Positions 40,843 to 49,926 of a stretch of DNA of 64,000 bases are shown here, piece by piece. Source of the stretch: Desulfomonilia bacterium (lineage in GTDB: Bacteria > Desulfobacterota > Desulfomonilia > UBA1062); NCBI GenBank assembly GCA_963664325.2, contig CAXXDQ010000003.1, forward strand, positions 288,001-352,000. Reading direction: 5' to 3'. The stretch's first letter is position 1; every line of letters starts with the position of its first letter. A model generated the notes under the pieces. It worked only from the letters and a program-made list of their open reading frames with translations. It did no database searches and was not told the origin of the DNA. Position numbers and translations under genes: made by a program.

Positions 40843-42171
40843 TTAATTATCAAGCCTTTCGGAAAGGAAATCGATCTCCTTCCTGGTCTTCAGGTTATTT
40901 TGATATTCCGATTCCATGACCTCAATGCTGTGCATGACCGAGGTGTGCTTTCTGTTAAATGCATTTCCGATTTCCTGCAGGGTCTCCTTTGTATATCTCC
41001 GGCAGAAATACATTGCGACCTGTCTGGGGTATGCAAGCATTTTTTTTCTCGAGGGAGATATCAATAATTCTTTTGTCGTACCGAAGTGCTTGGCTACAAA
41101 CTCGAGTAAAAATGGTATGTCAATACGAGATTTGCGTTCAAGTGTCCCTTCCAGTATCTCCATTGCAAGTTCAATTGAAATCCCCCTTTTCATGAATGTG
41201 CTCATGGCGCACAGGGTAAGGACGACACTTTCAAGCTCCCGTATATTTGTATCGATGTTCTTACTGATAAAATCAACCACATCATCGGATAATACCACAC
41301 CCTCTCTGGTTCCCTTTGACCTTACTATTGATGCCCTTGTCTGTGCATCAGGCTTTTTTATATCAATGACAAGACCGCCTTCGAACCTGGATTTCAGCGA
41401 TTTATCCAGGTTGTTAATAGTCGAAGGAGGCCGGTAACCGGAAAATATCACCTGAGCTCCATTATGTGTCATATCGTCTATGATACCTGAGAGTTCCATC
41501 TGGGTTTTTTCCTTGGAGCACAGCATATGGACATCATCTAAGAAGAATATATCCGTTTTCCCCCCGCGGTATGCCTGCCTGAATTTATCAAGACATCCGT
41601 TTCTGCTGGCAAAGACATACTCCTGAGAAAATTCCCTTGCCGATGTAAATTTGATTTTGGCATTGGGTCTGGTTCTGATCATTCTGTTCCCAATTGAATG
41701 TGCTATGTGGCTTTTCCCAAGTCCGATGTCCGAATTGAAATACACCGGATTATATCTGCCCATACCATCCTCTGATACTGCGACTGCAACCTCATAGGCA
41801 AACGAATTGCATTTTCCAACAACAAACGAATCGAATGTAAATCTGGGATTAATGCCGAAGGTTGAATTAAGCATACCAGGAGAGGGAAGCATCATTTGTA
41901 CGGGCACGGCCTTTGTAGACGACAGAGCCTTTGTCCCGGTCGTGATCGAATATATTATATTCACCGGTTTTCCAGTCTCTGTTTTGACGCATTTGGAAAT
42001 AATGTCCTGATAATGACGCTTTACATGCTGCTGAACAAATGAGCTTGGACATATTATCAACAATTCATCATTGTTTTCCTTTAATTCAAATTGTGAGATA
42101 AGGGCCTTTTCAGGTGCCGTAGCATTTTCTGCAAGCCTATCCCGCAATTTTAACAGATCAACATTAAGCAC
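40843..42171 (-). CDS. dnaA: DnaA-family AAA+ protein (divergent paralog)
   Basis: FTFDSFVVG, GLGKSH, FLDDVH, LKSRF, NIRELE, domain IV RQVAMY...IG..F.RKHTSVMH; no dnaN beside it. Confidence 0.82.
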   Translation of the reverse strand: MLNVDLLKLRDRLAENATAPEKALISQFELKENNDELLIICPSSFVQQHVKRHYQDIISKCVKTETGKPVNIIYSITTGTKALSSTKAVPVQMMLPSPGMLNSTFGINPRFTFDSFVVGKCNSFAYEVAVAVSEDGMGRYNPVYFNSDIGLGKSHIAHSIGNRMIRTRPNAKIKFTSAREFSQEYVFASRNGCLDKFRQAYRGGKTDIFFLDDVHMLCSKEKTQMELSGIIDDMTHNGAQVIFSGYRPPSTINNLDKSLKSRFEGGLVIDIKKPDAQTRASIVRSKGTREGVVLSDDVVDFISKNIDTNIRELESVVLTLCAMSTFMKRGISIELAMEILEGTLERKSRIDIPFLLEFVAKHFGTTKELLISPSRKKMLAYPRQVAMYFCRRYTKETLQEIGNAFNRKHTSVMHSIEVMESEYQNNLKTRKEIDFLSERLDN

Positions 42172-42466
42172 GCACTTCCTCCAAATAAAAAAGATCAGCT
42201 AATTCCCGAGAACCTCAATCCAAGAAAGTGAATGGATGATGCTACCGGAAAATATAAAAATCAAACCTTGGAAAGTTCGATTATGAGGACATATCGGATA
42301 AATGAAATAATCTAGTAATTACAATAAGATGAAGTGGGCAATGGCACAGCATCAGATTCGTTGACATCATCAGGCATACCTTGTCCGAATATGGCGGTTA
42401 CTACTAAAACAGGATTTTTCAACAATTTGTAGAAAACTTTTCAGCTCTAAAATGCTGATGATTCCT

Positions 42467-43879
42467 TCAAAAACCTTTAATTTTTTTATAAAGTTCTAAA
42501 TATTCATTTGCCGGACTTTCCCATGAGACATCCGTCCTCATTGAATTTTTCATCATCCCTTCAAGGAAAGGCCTATTTTCGTTATACATCGCTACCGCAT
42601 ACCTAGCTGCCCCAAGAAGGGAAGTGTAATCAGGGAATGTAGCCCGGATGGCGTTAGGGTAGTCCCTTTCCCCAACTGCGATTACGGTGTCGGCAAGGCC
42701 GCCCACGTTTGTCACGATCGGGATGGTGCCGTATCTGAGGCTTATCATCTGGTTTAACCCGCAGGGTTCAAACCTGGAGGGCATCAGAAAGAAGTCACTG
42801 CCTGCTTCTATAAGGTGTGCCAGCGCTTCGTTGAATCCGATATTCAGGCCAATTCTGCCGGGGTAAGAAGAGGCTAGTTTCTTGAGCCGGTTCTGAAGCC
42901 GGTCTTCACCGCTGCCCAGGATCACTACAAACGCATCATCGGCAATATCCGGAATAATGTCCGCAACAAGATCAATACCTTTCTGGTTAACAAGTCTGCT
43001 TACGAGTCCGAAAACCGGCGCATCATTTTCCTCATCCAGTCCGAAATATTTTTTCAGTTCTGATTTGCATTTCATTTTACCTTTCATGTTTCCAATACTG
43101 AAATTTGCCGGCAACAATCTATCGATTTCTGGATTCCATTCATCAATATCTATACCATTGGTTATTCCATAGAGTTTTTCGCTGACTGAGCTGAGCAGCC
43201 CCTCAAGACCGACCCCGAATTCCGGTGTTTTGATCTCTTGAGCATAACTTTTACTCACCGTGCTGACGGCATCGGACAAAACAATTCCGGCCTTCATTAT
43301 GTTAATCCTTCCGAAATACTCCATGCACCATGATGAAAAATAATCACGAGGAAGAAGAAGCAGAGGCCATAAAGAGATGTCAAAATTGCCCTGATAGGCC
43401 AGATTGTGAATGGTGAACAGCGTTGATATGTTTTTAATTTCAAGAGACTTCAGATAGGCACTTGCCAGAGCTGTCTGCCAGTCATTAAGGTGCAGTATAT
43501 CGGCAGAAAGGTAACAGGCCAGTTCTACACAGGCCCTGGAAAAAAATGCAAACCTTTCAAGATTATCCGGGAAGTCGTTGTTCTGGTACGTATACAGGCT
43601 GCTTCTGAGGAAGTGCTCATCGTTTTCGATGAAAAATACATGCCCATGCTTGTATATGCCGGCATTGGCAAGTCCGTAACCCATTGGGAAAAGAAGATCG
43701 GTAACATGCTCCGGTTTTAAACCCTTATTTTTTATACTCCCGTAGTATGGCATTACAGATTCGCAATCTATACCTTTTGACCTGAGCGCAGCAGGCAATG
43801 CCCCGGCAACATCTGCTAGTCCGCCGGTCTTTGCATATGGTGCAACCTCTGATGAGCAGAACAAAATCTTTCCAAACAT
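42467..43879 (-). CDS. glgA: Glycogen synthase (GT5)
   Basis: KTGGLADV, HLNDWQ, FTIHNLAYQG, SRLVNQKG, PSRFEPCGLNQ. Confidence 0.95.
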   Translation of the reverse strand: MFGKILFCSSEVAPYAKTGGLADVAGALPAALRSKGIDCESVMPYYGSIKNKGLKPEHVTDLLFPMGYGLANAGIYKHGHVFFIENDEHFLRSSLYTYQNNDFPDNLERFAFFSRACVELACYLSADILHLNDWQTALASAYLKSLEIKNISTLFTIHNLAYQGNFDISLWPLLLLPRDYFSSWCMEYFGRINIMKAGIVLSDAVSTVSKSYAQEIKTPEFGVGLEGLLSSVSEKLYGITNGIDIDEWNPEIDRLLPANFSIGNMKGKMKCKSELKKYFGLDEENDAPVFGLVSRLVNQKGIDLVADIIPDIADDAFVVILGSGEDRLQNRLKKLASSYPGRIGLNIGFNEALAHLIEAGSDFFLMPSRFEPCGLNQMISLRYGTIPIVTNVGGLADTVIAVGERDYPNAIRATFPDYTSLLGAARYAVAMYNENRPFLEGMMKNSMRTDVSWESPANEYLELYKKIKGF

Positions 43880-43955
43880 AAAAAAAAGAGTAACATAATA
43901 GATGGTTGAGAGCGAGATTAAATAACACACCGGTATCAGATCGGGGGGGGGTAAA

Positions 43956-44405
43956 ATGGAAAGGTCGGATGAAGCGGAGAAATTGTTCAGGGACGGGTTT
44001 AACTGTTCGCAGGCAGTGTTTTCAGTTTATGCGGAGGAGATGGGCGTTCAGGCTGAGATGGCAATGAAGATTGCCTGCGCTTTCGGCGGCGGAATGAGGC
44101 TGGGAAACACATGCGGGGCGGTAACAGGAGCTCTGATGGTGATCGGCCTCAAATATGGAAAATCAAAAGTTGACGATAATGAGGCCCGGGATAAAACCTA
44201 TGCCCTTGCAAAACAGTTACAGGCAAGGTTCAGCAAAACGAACGGTTCAATTATGTGCCGTGACCTTCTCGGATATGATTTGAGTACGCCAGAAGGTTAT
44301 GAAAAAGCAAAAGAAAATCAGGTCTTTCTTAAAATATGCCCGAAACTTGTAAAGGATGCCGGGGTAATAGTTGAAGAAATTCTGAGATTGGAAACAAAAG
44401 CTTGA
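43956..44405 (+). CDS. C-GCAxxG-C-C family putative redox protein
   Basis: GFNCSQAV, FGGGM..TCGAVTG, C.DLLG, ICPKLV. Confidence 0.88.
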   Translation: MERSDEAEKLFRDGFNCSQAVFSVYAEEMGVQAEMAMKIACAFGGGMRLGNTCGAVTGALMVIGLKYGKSKVDDNEARDKTYALAKQLQARFSKTNGSIMCRDLLGYDLSTPEGYEKAKENQVFLKICPKLVKDAGVIVEEILRLETKA

Positions 44406-44578
44406 TAATGCGATTTCCTTACCACTTATGCAGCAAGTACAAAAAGATCTTCTGGCATTTCATCCTGATCACGCCCAGTGCAGCAAATGCGCGGCCAGGA
44501 TAGGCTTTTCATGATTATGATAATTATGTTTTGCGATAGTAAATATTTAATATATACTTGTTAATTAATGAGGAAATT

Positions 44579-45712
44579 ATGAATTCAGTGTTCCTGTATA
44601 CACCCAAATTCAACGAATATGATTTTGGAACATCCCATCCGTTCAAACCTTACAGGGCTAAAATGGTTTATGAGCTGTGCTACAGGTACGGTCTTCTCGA
44701 TGAACCGTGGATAAAGTTGGTTGAGCCTTCTTCTGCAACCGATGATGTAGCCAAGACGTTTCATACCGAAGATTATATCGATACCCTTAAGAGCGCCAAT
44801 AACGGTCATTTCGATTTCACCATGATGGAATACGGCCTGGGATCGGGTGACAATCCTGTATTCAAGGGGGTTTATGAGCTTTCAATGGCCATGCTCGGAG
44901 CAACGATGAAGGGTGCGGAGATGATGGTAGCTGGCGAGGCCGACATTGCGTTTAATGTGAACGGCGGGCTCCATCACGGCAAACCGGCATATGCCGAAGG
45001 GTTCTGTTACGTGAATGACATTGCGGTGGCAATACGCTATTTCCTTAAACACGGTTATGAAAGGATAATGTACGTTGACCTGGATGCTCATCACGGTAAC
45101 GGGGTGCAGGATGCTTTTTATGATTCAAGCAAAGTGCTGTTTCTTTCGCTTCATCAAAGCGGGGATACGATATATCCGGGAACCGGTTTTGAAAGGGAAA
45201 TCGGGACCGGTAATGGCCGCGGATATACGGTAAATGTACCGCTCCCTGAATATACTGACGATGAGGCTTATGGCCGCGCATTCAATGAGATCTTTCACCC
45301 CCTGGTGCAGGCATTCAAGCCTGAACTGATTGTTGCCCAGATAGGCCTGGACACGCTTAAGAGGGACCCGCTTACAAACCTGCGCTGTACAAACAACGGC
45401 TACACACGGATTATCGAGACTATAAAAAATTCATGCCCTAAGATCATGGCACTCGGGGGGGGTGGGTATAATATAGGGGATTCGGTAAAAGGCTGGAGTC
45501 TTGCATGGGCTATTCTTAATGGCCTTAATCCTCAGGATAAATATGAAGGTATTGTAAGCGGCAATCTTTACAGCCCTTCTCATTCAGGCGGAAGCCTGTA
45601 TGACGAACCATATAACCTGTCTCCCGTCCTTAAGGAGGCTGTAAATAACTTTATAAACTCAAAACTTCAATTTATCAAAAGTAACATATTCCCAATTCTG
45701 GGTGCGGGTTGA
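44579..45712 (+). CDS. acuC: Histone-deacetylase family protein, AcuC-like
   Basis: HPFKPYR, GGLHH, GFCYVND, DLDAHHGNGV, SLHQ, DPL, LGGGGY. Confidence 0.85.
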   Translation: MNSVFLYTPKFNEYDFGTSHPFKPYRAKMVYELCYRYGLLDEPWIKLVEPSSATDDVAKTFHTEDYIDTLKSANNGHFDFTMMEYGLGSGDNPVFKGVYELSMAMLGATMKGAEMMVAGEADIAFNVNGGLHHGKPAYAEGFCYVNDIAVAIRYFLKHGYERIMYVDLDAHHGNGVQDAFYDSSKVLFLSLHQSGDTIYPGTGFEREIGTGNGRGYTVNVPLPEYTDDEAYGRAFNEIFHPLVQAFKPELIVAQIGLDTLKRDPLTNLRCTNNGYTRIIETIKNSCPKIMALGGGGYNIGDSVKGWSLAWAILNGLNPQDKYEGIVSGNLYSPSHSGGSLYDEPYNLSPVLKEAVNNFINSKLQFIKSNIFPILGAG

Positions 45713-45778
45713 AAAGCTTGACAGAATTCGGAATTGACCTTAAATCAGGCAGAATTTCCATATCAGGGAGGTTTAAAA

Positions 45779-46198
45779 ATGGAAGATCAGAAAAAAACAT
45801 ACAGTTTTGTTGATAAAAGAGGCGAAAGCAAGCCTGAAGAGCCGGCAAAGAAAGTTGATGAAATCTTAAAGGATGAGCCTCAAAAAGCGCAGGAAAGTCC
45901 CGGGTCTGATCAAAAACAGGAAACTCGTTATAATGGAGAAGTCCCGCGCATCGACCTATCAACCCTTGTCATGAGCTTTGCCACAAGCGCAATAGTGGCA
46001 ATGGGTAAAGCTCCGGATCCGAATACCGGCCAGGTCTTTCTGGATTTTGCCATTGCACAGCAGAATATTGACATTATTGCCCTTCTTAATGAAAAGACCA
46101 AAGGCAACAGGACACGAGAAGAAGACAACCTCTTTGAAGGTGTTCTTTATGAATTACGGATGCTTTTCGTAGAGGCAAAGAAAGGGGGAACAAAATGA
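45779..46198 (+). CDS. DUF1844 domain protein
   Basis: AQQNIDIIALLNEKTKGNRT.EE...LYELRMLFV; SD GGAGG. Confidence 0.8.
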   Translation: MEDQKKTYSFVDKRGESKPEEPAKKVDEILKDEPQKAQESPGSDQKQETRYNGEVPRIDLSTLVMSFATSAIVAMGKAPDPNTGQVFLDFAIAQQNIDIIALLNEKTKGNRTREEDNLFEGVLYELRMLFVEAKKGGTK

Positions 46199-47700
46199 AA
46201 AAGAAGATCCTGTCAGTAAGCATCATTGCGATAGTAGCGGTCTGTTCAGCCATAATAGGCATGATGATAGCCACGTCGTTCAAGCTTCCTGAAATTGGGA
46301 AGGCTTCAAATTTCTGGGAAGATGGTGACCCGAAAGCCAATCTCAAGGTAATCATGCCGTCGTTAAATGCCCTGGCGCAGGAGCTTACTCCTTCCGTTGT
46401 CTATATAAAAACTTCAAAAGTCGTTCAGCAGAAAGAAATAATGAAAAAATATCGTTCGCCGTTTGGCGGAGGCCCTGACGACCCGTTCGAGGATTTCTTT
46501 AACCGGTTTTTTGAAGGAATGCCCAATGCGCCTGAAAAGCAGGAACAAAAGAGCCTTGGTTCAGGTTTTATTATTTCAACTGACGGGTACATCATTACAA
46601 ACGCACATGTAATAGAGGGTGCGGAAAAGATAGTCGTATCCCTTACGGATAAGAAAGATTATGAAGCCAAGCTTATCGGAAAAGATACAAACACGGACAT
46701 AGCGCTGATCAAGATCAATCCTGAGACAAAACTGCCGGCGGTTAAACTTGGAAATTCAGATATTCTCAAAATCGGTGACTGGGTGATGGCAATCGGAAAT
46801 CCTTTCGGCCTCAGCCATTCAGTAACAATAGGAATTGTAAGCGCCAAGTTCAGAATTATCGGGGCTGGACCCTATGACCAGTTCATTCAGACCGATGCTG
46901 CGATAAATCCGGGGAACTCAGGCGGGCCGCTTATAGACATGAAAGGACAGGTTATCGGTATAAACAGTGCTATAGTCGCATCCGGTCAGGGCATAGGCTT
47001 TGCTATCCCGATTAACATGGCAAAGGAAATACTGATGGAGCTCAAACAGACAGGCTCTGTCACCAGAGGCTGGCTCGGCGTGGGAATCCAGGAAGTGACC
47101 CCTGAGATTGCCAAGGCTGTAGGACTTAAAGAACCCAAAGGTGCAATGGTTACCATGGTTTATCCGGGAGACCCGGCAGCTAAAGCGGGAGTAATGAAAG
47201 GTGATGTGATAATTTCTGTAAACGGTCAGGAAATCAAGGATCCTTCAGCTCTTACTCAGATGATAGGTACGTTTAAACCGGGTTCCAAAATAACTATAGG
47301 GGTATGGCGAGGAAAGAAGGAACTCAAACTTGAAACCAAGCTGGAAAAGAGGACTGATGAACATATTGCAGCACTCGGTAAAGAAGGCGAGGAGAAAAGT
47401 GCACCGGACAAAGAGTCAAAAGATTCTCTGGGTATAACGGTAAAAAATATTACACCTGATCTGGCAAAAAGGCTAAGACTTGATGACGCCAAGGGTGCCC
47501 TTGTCATGGATGTGGATGATAAGAGCCCCGCATCAGGAATAATCAGAAAAGGTGATGTCATAAAAGAGATCAATTACAAGGGCGTTGACACGATAGACGA
47601 TTACCTTGATGCCGTAAAAGGGCTTCGAAAGGGAGATTCCATCCTAATGCTTATAGTCAGAGAGGGAAAGTCCCAGTACCTGGCATTTGAGATCAAGTGA
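46195..47700 (+). CDS. degP: Do/DegP/DegQ serine protease with two PDZ domains
   Basis: GSGFII, TNAHV, DIALIK, IQTDAAINPGNSGGP. Confidence 0.9.
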   Translation: MKKKILSVSIIAIVAVCSAIIGMMIATSFKLPEIGKASNFWEDGDPKANLKVIMPSLNALAQELTPSVVYIKTSKVVQQKEIMKKYRSPFGGGPDDPFEDFFNRFFEGMPNAPEKQEQKSLGSGFIISTDGYIITNAHVIEGAEKIVVSLTDKKDYEAKLIGKDTNTDIALIKINPETKLPAVKLGNSDILKIGDWVMAIGNPFGLSHSVTIGIVSAKFRIIGAGPYDQFIQTDAAINPGNSGGPLIDMKGQVIGINSAIVASGQGIGFAIPINMAKEILMELKQTGSVTRGWLGVGIQEVTPEIAKAVGLKEPKGAMVTMVYPGDPAAKAGVMKGDVIISVNGQEIKDPSALTQMIGTFKPGSKITIGVWRGKKELKLETKLEKRTDEHIAALGKEGEEKSAPDKESKDSLGITVKNITPDLAKRLRLDDAKGALVMDVDDKSPASGIIRKGDVIKEINYKGVDTIDDYLDAVKGLRKGDSILMLIVREGKSQYLAFEIK

Positions 47701-48560
47701 GGGTTTTAAGCCCAGCAAAGATTAATCTTTTGCTTGAGGTTTTAGGCAAAAGGAACGACGGGTACCATGAGCTTTTAACACTCATGATGCCCGTGACCCT
47801 TTTCGATGTTTTATATCTTGAGAAAAAAAAGGAAGGCATCGAACTCGATGCCCCCGGTTGCGGGTGTCCGACTGCTGACAATCTGGTTTTTAAAGCTGCA
47901 GAATTGTTCAGGCGCAAAACAGGATTAAATAAAGGGATAACTATCAGAATTGATAAAGAAATCCCTTTTGGTGCAGGTCTGGGCGGGGGCAGCAGCAACG
48001 CGGCGCATACGCTTGTAGCCCTTAATAAATTATTCGGGACAGGACTGGATGAAAGTCAGCTTTCTGAAATGGCTCAGGAAATAGGCGCGGACTGCCCGTT
48101 CTTCATTCATGGAAGACCTGCAGTGATGGGCGGCAGGGGTGACATGCTGTTAGCCGACGTTTTGATTGAGGATAGGGCTTATCTTCTTGTCATTCCACCA
48201 TTTGGAATATCGACTGCAAGGCTCTTTTCTGAGTACAAGATGTCATTGACTAACAGCAAACATGCGTTTAAAATAGAGGACATAACTGAGAAACGTATTG
48301 CACCAGAGAGATATTTGTTTAATGAACTTGAAGATAATGCATTTGAGTTGCATCCGGAAATAAAAACAGTTAAAGTAGATTTAATCCGTGCAGGCGCTCT
48401 CGGAGCCCTGATGTCGGGAAGTGGATCAGCTGTTTTCGGGGTGTTTGAGGATGCCGGGCATCTCGAACATGCAATGTTTAAGTTGAGAAAACGAGAGGGG
48501 TATAAATACATACCCACAACTAGAACGCTGGGGGGAGTCAATGGAGATTACAGAAGTTAA
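47697..48560 (+). CDS. ispE: 4-diphosphocytidyl-2-C-methyl-D-erythritol kinase
   Basis: PAKINL, GYHEL, IPFGAGLGGGSSNAA, GADCPFF, MSGSGS. Confidence 0.95.
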   Translation: MRVLSPAKINLLLEVLGKRNDGYHELLTLMMPVTLFDVLYLEKKKEGIELDAPGCGCPTADNLVFKAAELFRRKTGLNKGITIRIDKEIPFGAGLGGGSSNAAHTLVALNKLFGTGLDESQLSEMAQEIGADCPFFIHGRPAVMGGRGDMLLADVLIEDRAYLLVIPPFGISTARLFSEYKMSLTNSKHAFKIEDITEKRIAPERYLFNELEDNAFELHPEIKTVKVDLIRAGALGALMSGSGSAVFGVFEDAGHLEHAMFKLRKREGYKYIPTTRTLGGVNGDYRS

Positions 48561-48822
48561 GGTTTTTCCGGTTCAGAATAACGACAAATTAAAGGCTTAT
48601 GCATCAGTAGTATTTGACAACTGCTTCGTGGTCAGGGACTTGCGGGTTATTCATGGTGCAACCGGACTCTTTGTTGCAATGCCGTCCCGTAAAAGAAAGG
48701 ACGGTACGTTCCGTGACACTGCCCATCCTCTCAACATGGAAATGAGAGACATGATTGAGAAGACTATCTTAAATGAATACGAAGAAAGGTTGTCTGACGA
48801 CGAGGTCCCACAGCAACAGTAA
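48541..48822 (+). CDS. spoVG: SpoVG nucleic-acid-binding regulator
   Basis: MEITEVKV, LKAYAS, GLFVAMPS, FRDTAHP. Confidence 0.95.
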   Translation: MEITEVKVFPVQNNDKLKAYASVVFDNCFVVRDLRVIHGATGLFVAMPSRKRKDGTFRDTAHPLNMEMRDMIEKTILNEYEERLSDDEVPQQQ

Positions 48823-48854
48823 GATTCGCTCCAACTTATCTTTATAATATTCCA

Positions 48855-48932
48855 GGTTGGGATATCGTCTAAGATCAGGATATAAGATTTAATATCTCAT
48901 TATAGGCGGTTGGATATCTTCCTTTCGGCCGC
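48855..48932 (+). pseudogene. Degenerate tRNA-like element (probable tRNA-Gln relic)
   Basis: TGGGATATCGTCTAA 5' end, TAAGA-TTTAATA-TCTCA anticodon-like arm, GGCGG-TTGGATAT-CTTCC T-like arm, at the position normally held by tRNA-Gln between spoVG and prs. Confidence 0.55.
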
Positions 48933-48956
48933 TCATAAAACAATAGGAGCAGAATA

Positions 48957-49898
48957 ATGATGTCTGATATCCGGGTGTTTGGCGGCAATTCTAATAGTGT
49001 GCTTGCAGTCAGTATATGTGATATTCTTGGTTTGAAACTAGGCGAAGCAAAGGTTCAGACTTTTTCAGACGGAGAGACTTCAGTTGAGATTAACGAAAGC
49101 ATACGTGGAAAAGATATATTCATAGTTCAATCAACATGTCCTCCCAGCAATGAACATGTAATGGAACTGCTTATTTTGCTGGATGCGGTTAAAAGGGCAT
49201 CGGCAAGCAGAATAGCGGCTGTAATACCATATTTCGGCTATGCAAGGCAGGATAGAAAATCATCAGGCAGAACACCAATCAGTGCAAAACTCGTAGCAAA
49301 TCTTCTGGAAACTGCAGGTGCGCACCGCGTGCTTACGATTGATCTTCATGCAGGACAGATACAGGGATTCTTTGACATACCCGTTGATAACCTTTATTCA
49401 AAGCCGGTTATTCTGGAATACATAAAGGAAAATTACTCTGATAATATTATTATTGTTTCACCTGATGCGGGAGGTGTTGAAAGGGCAAGGGCGTTTGCGA
49501 AGCCGATACGCGCGGATCTGGCTATTATCGATAAACGAAGGGAAAGAGCCAACCAGAGCGAGGTTATGAACATCGTCGGCGATGTAAGGGGAAAGATATG
49601 CATGCTTGTAGACGACATGGTTGATACAGCAGGCACTCTTACCAATGCGGCCAGGGCGCTTATCGAGGCTGGTGCAAGCAAGGTTGCAGCATGCTGCACG
49701 CATGCGGTCTTATCAGGTCCTGCGATAGACAGGCTTAACGCTTCTCCAATAGATGAACTTATCGTTACCGATACAGTGCCATTGAGGGGCAATGCAATTG
49801 GAAACAGCAAGATAAAAGTTATTTCTATAGCGCCGATACTGGCGGAAGCCATACGAAGGATATATACAAACGATTCTGTCAGCGCCCTGTTTATGTAG
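48957..49898 (+). CDS. prs: Ribose-phosphate pyrophosphokinase
   Basis: FSDGE, PYFGYARQDRK, DLHAGQIQGFF, VSPDAGG, VDDMVDTAGT. Confidence 0.97.
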   Translation: MMSDIRVFGGNSNSVLAVSICDILGLKLGEAKVQTFSDGETSVEINESIRGKDIFIVQSTCPPSNEHVMELLILLDAVKRASASRIAAVIPYFGYARQDRKSSGRTPISAKLVANLLETAGAHRVLTIDLHAGQIQGFFDIPVDNLYSKPVILEYIKENYSDNIIIVSPDAGGVERARAFAKPIRADLAIIDKRRERANQSEVMNIVGDVRGKICMLVDDMVDTAGTLTNAARALIEAGASKVAACCTHAVLSGPAIDRLNASPIDELIVTDTVPLRGNAIGNSKIKVISIAPILAEAIRRIYTNDSVSALFM

Positions 49899-49926
49899 GG
49901 GCAGGGCTGTATCCAATATTTTTATA

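Noticed and set aside
42331-42360. TGGCAC that looks like a sigma54 -24 element
   Set aside because: No GC at the required 10-nt spacing, and it points away from the dnaA start.
42172-42466. Possible oriC next to dnaA
   Set aside because: No perfect TTATCCACA boxes, no box cluster or clear DUE, and no dnaN/gyrB/rpmH context.
43956-44405. Selenocysteine form of the C-GCAxxG-C-C protein
   Set aside because: All motif positions are Cys codons, and the terminal TGA is followed immediately by TAA.
48855-48932. Reading the tRNA-like element as tRNA-Sec or a functional suppressor
   Set aside because: Despite the 8-bp acceptor-like stem, it lacks a UCA anticodon, a long variable arm, a TTCG loop and CCA.
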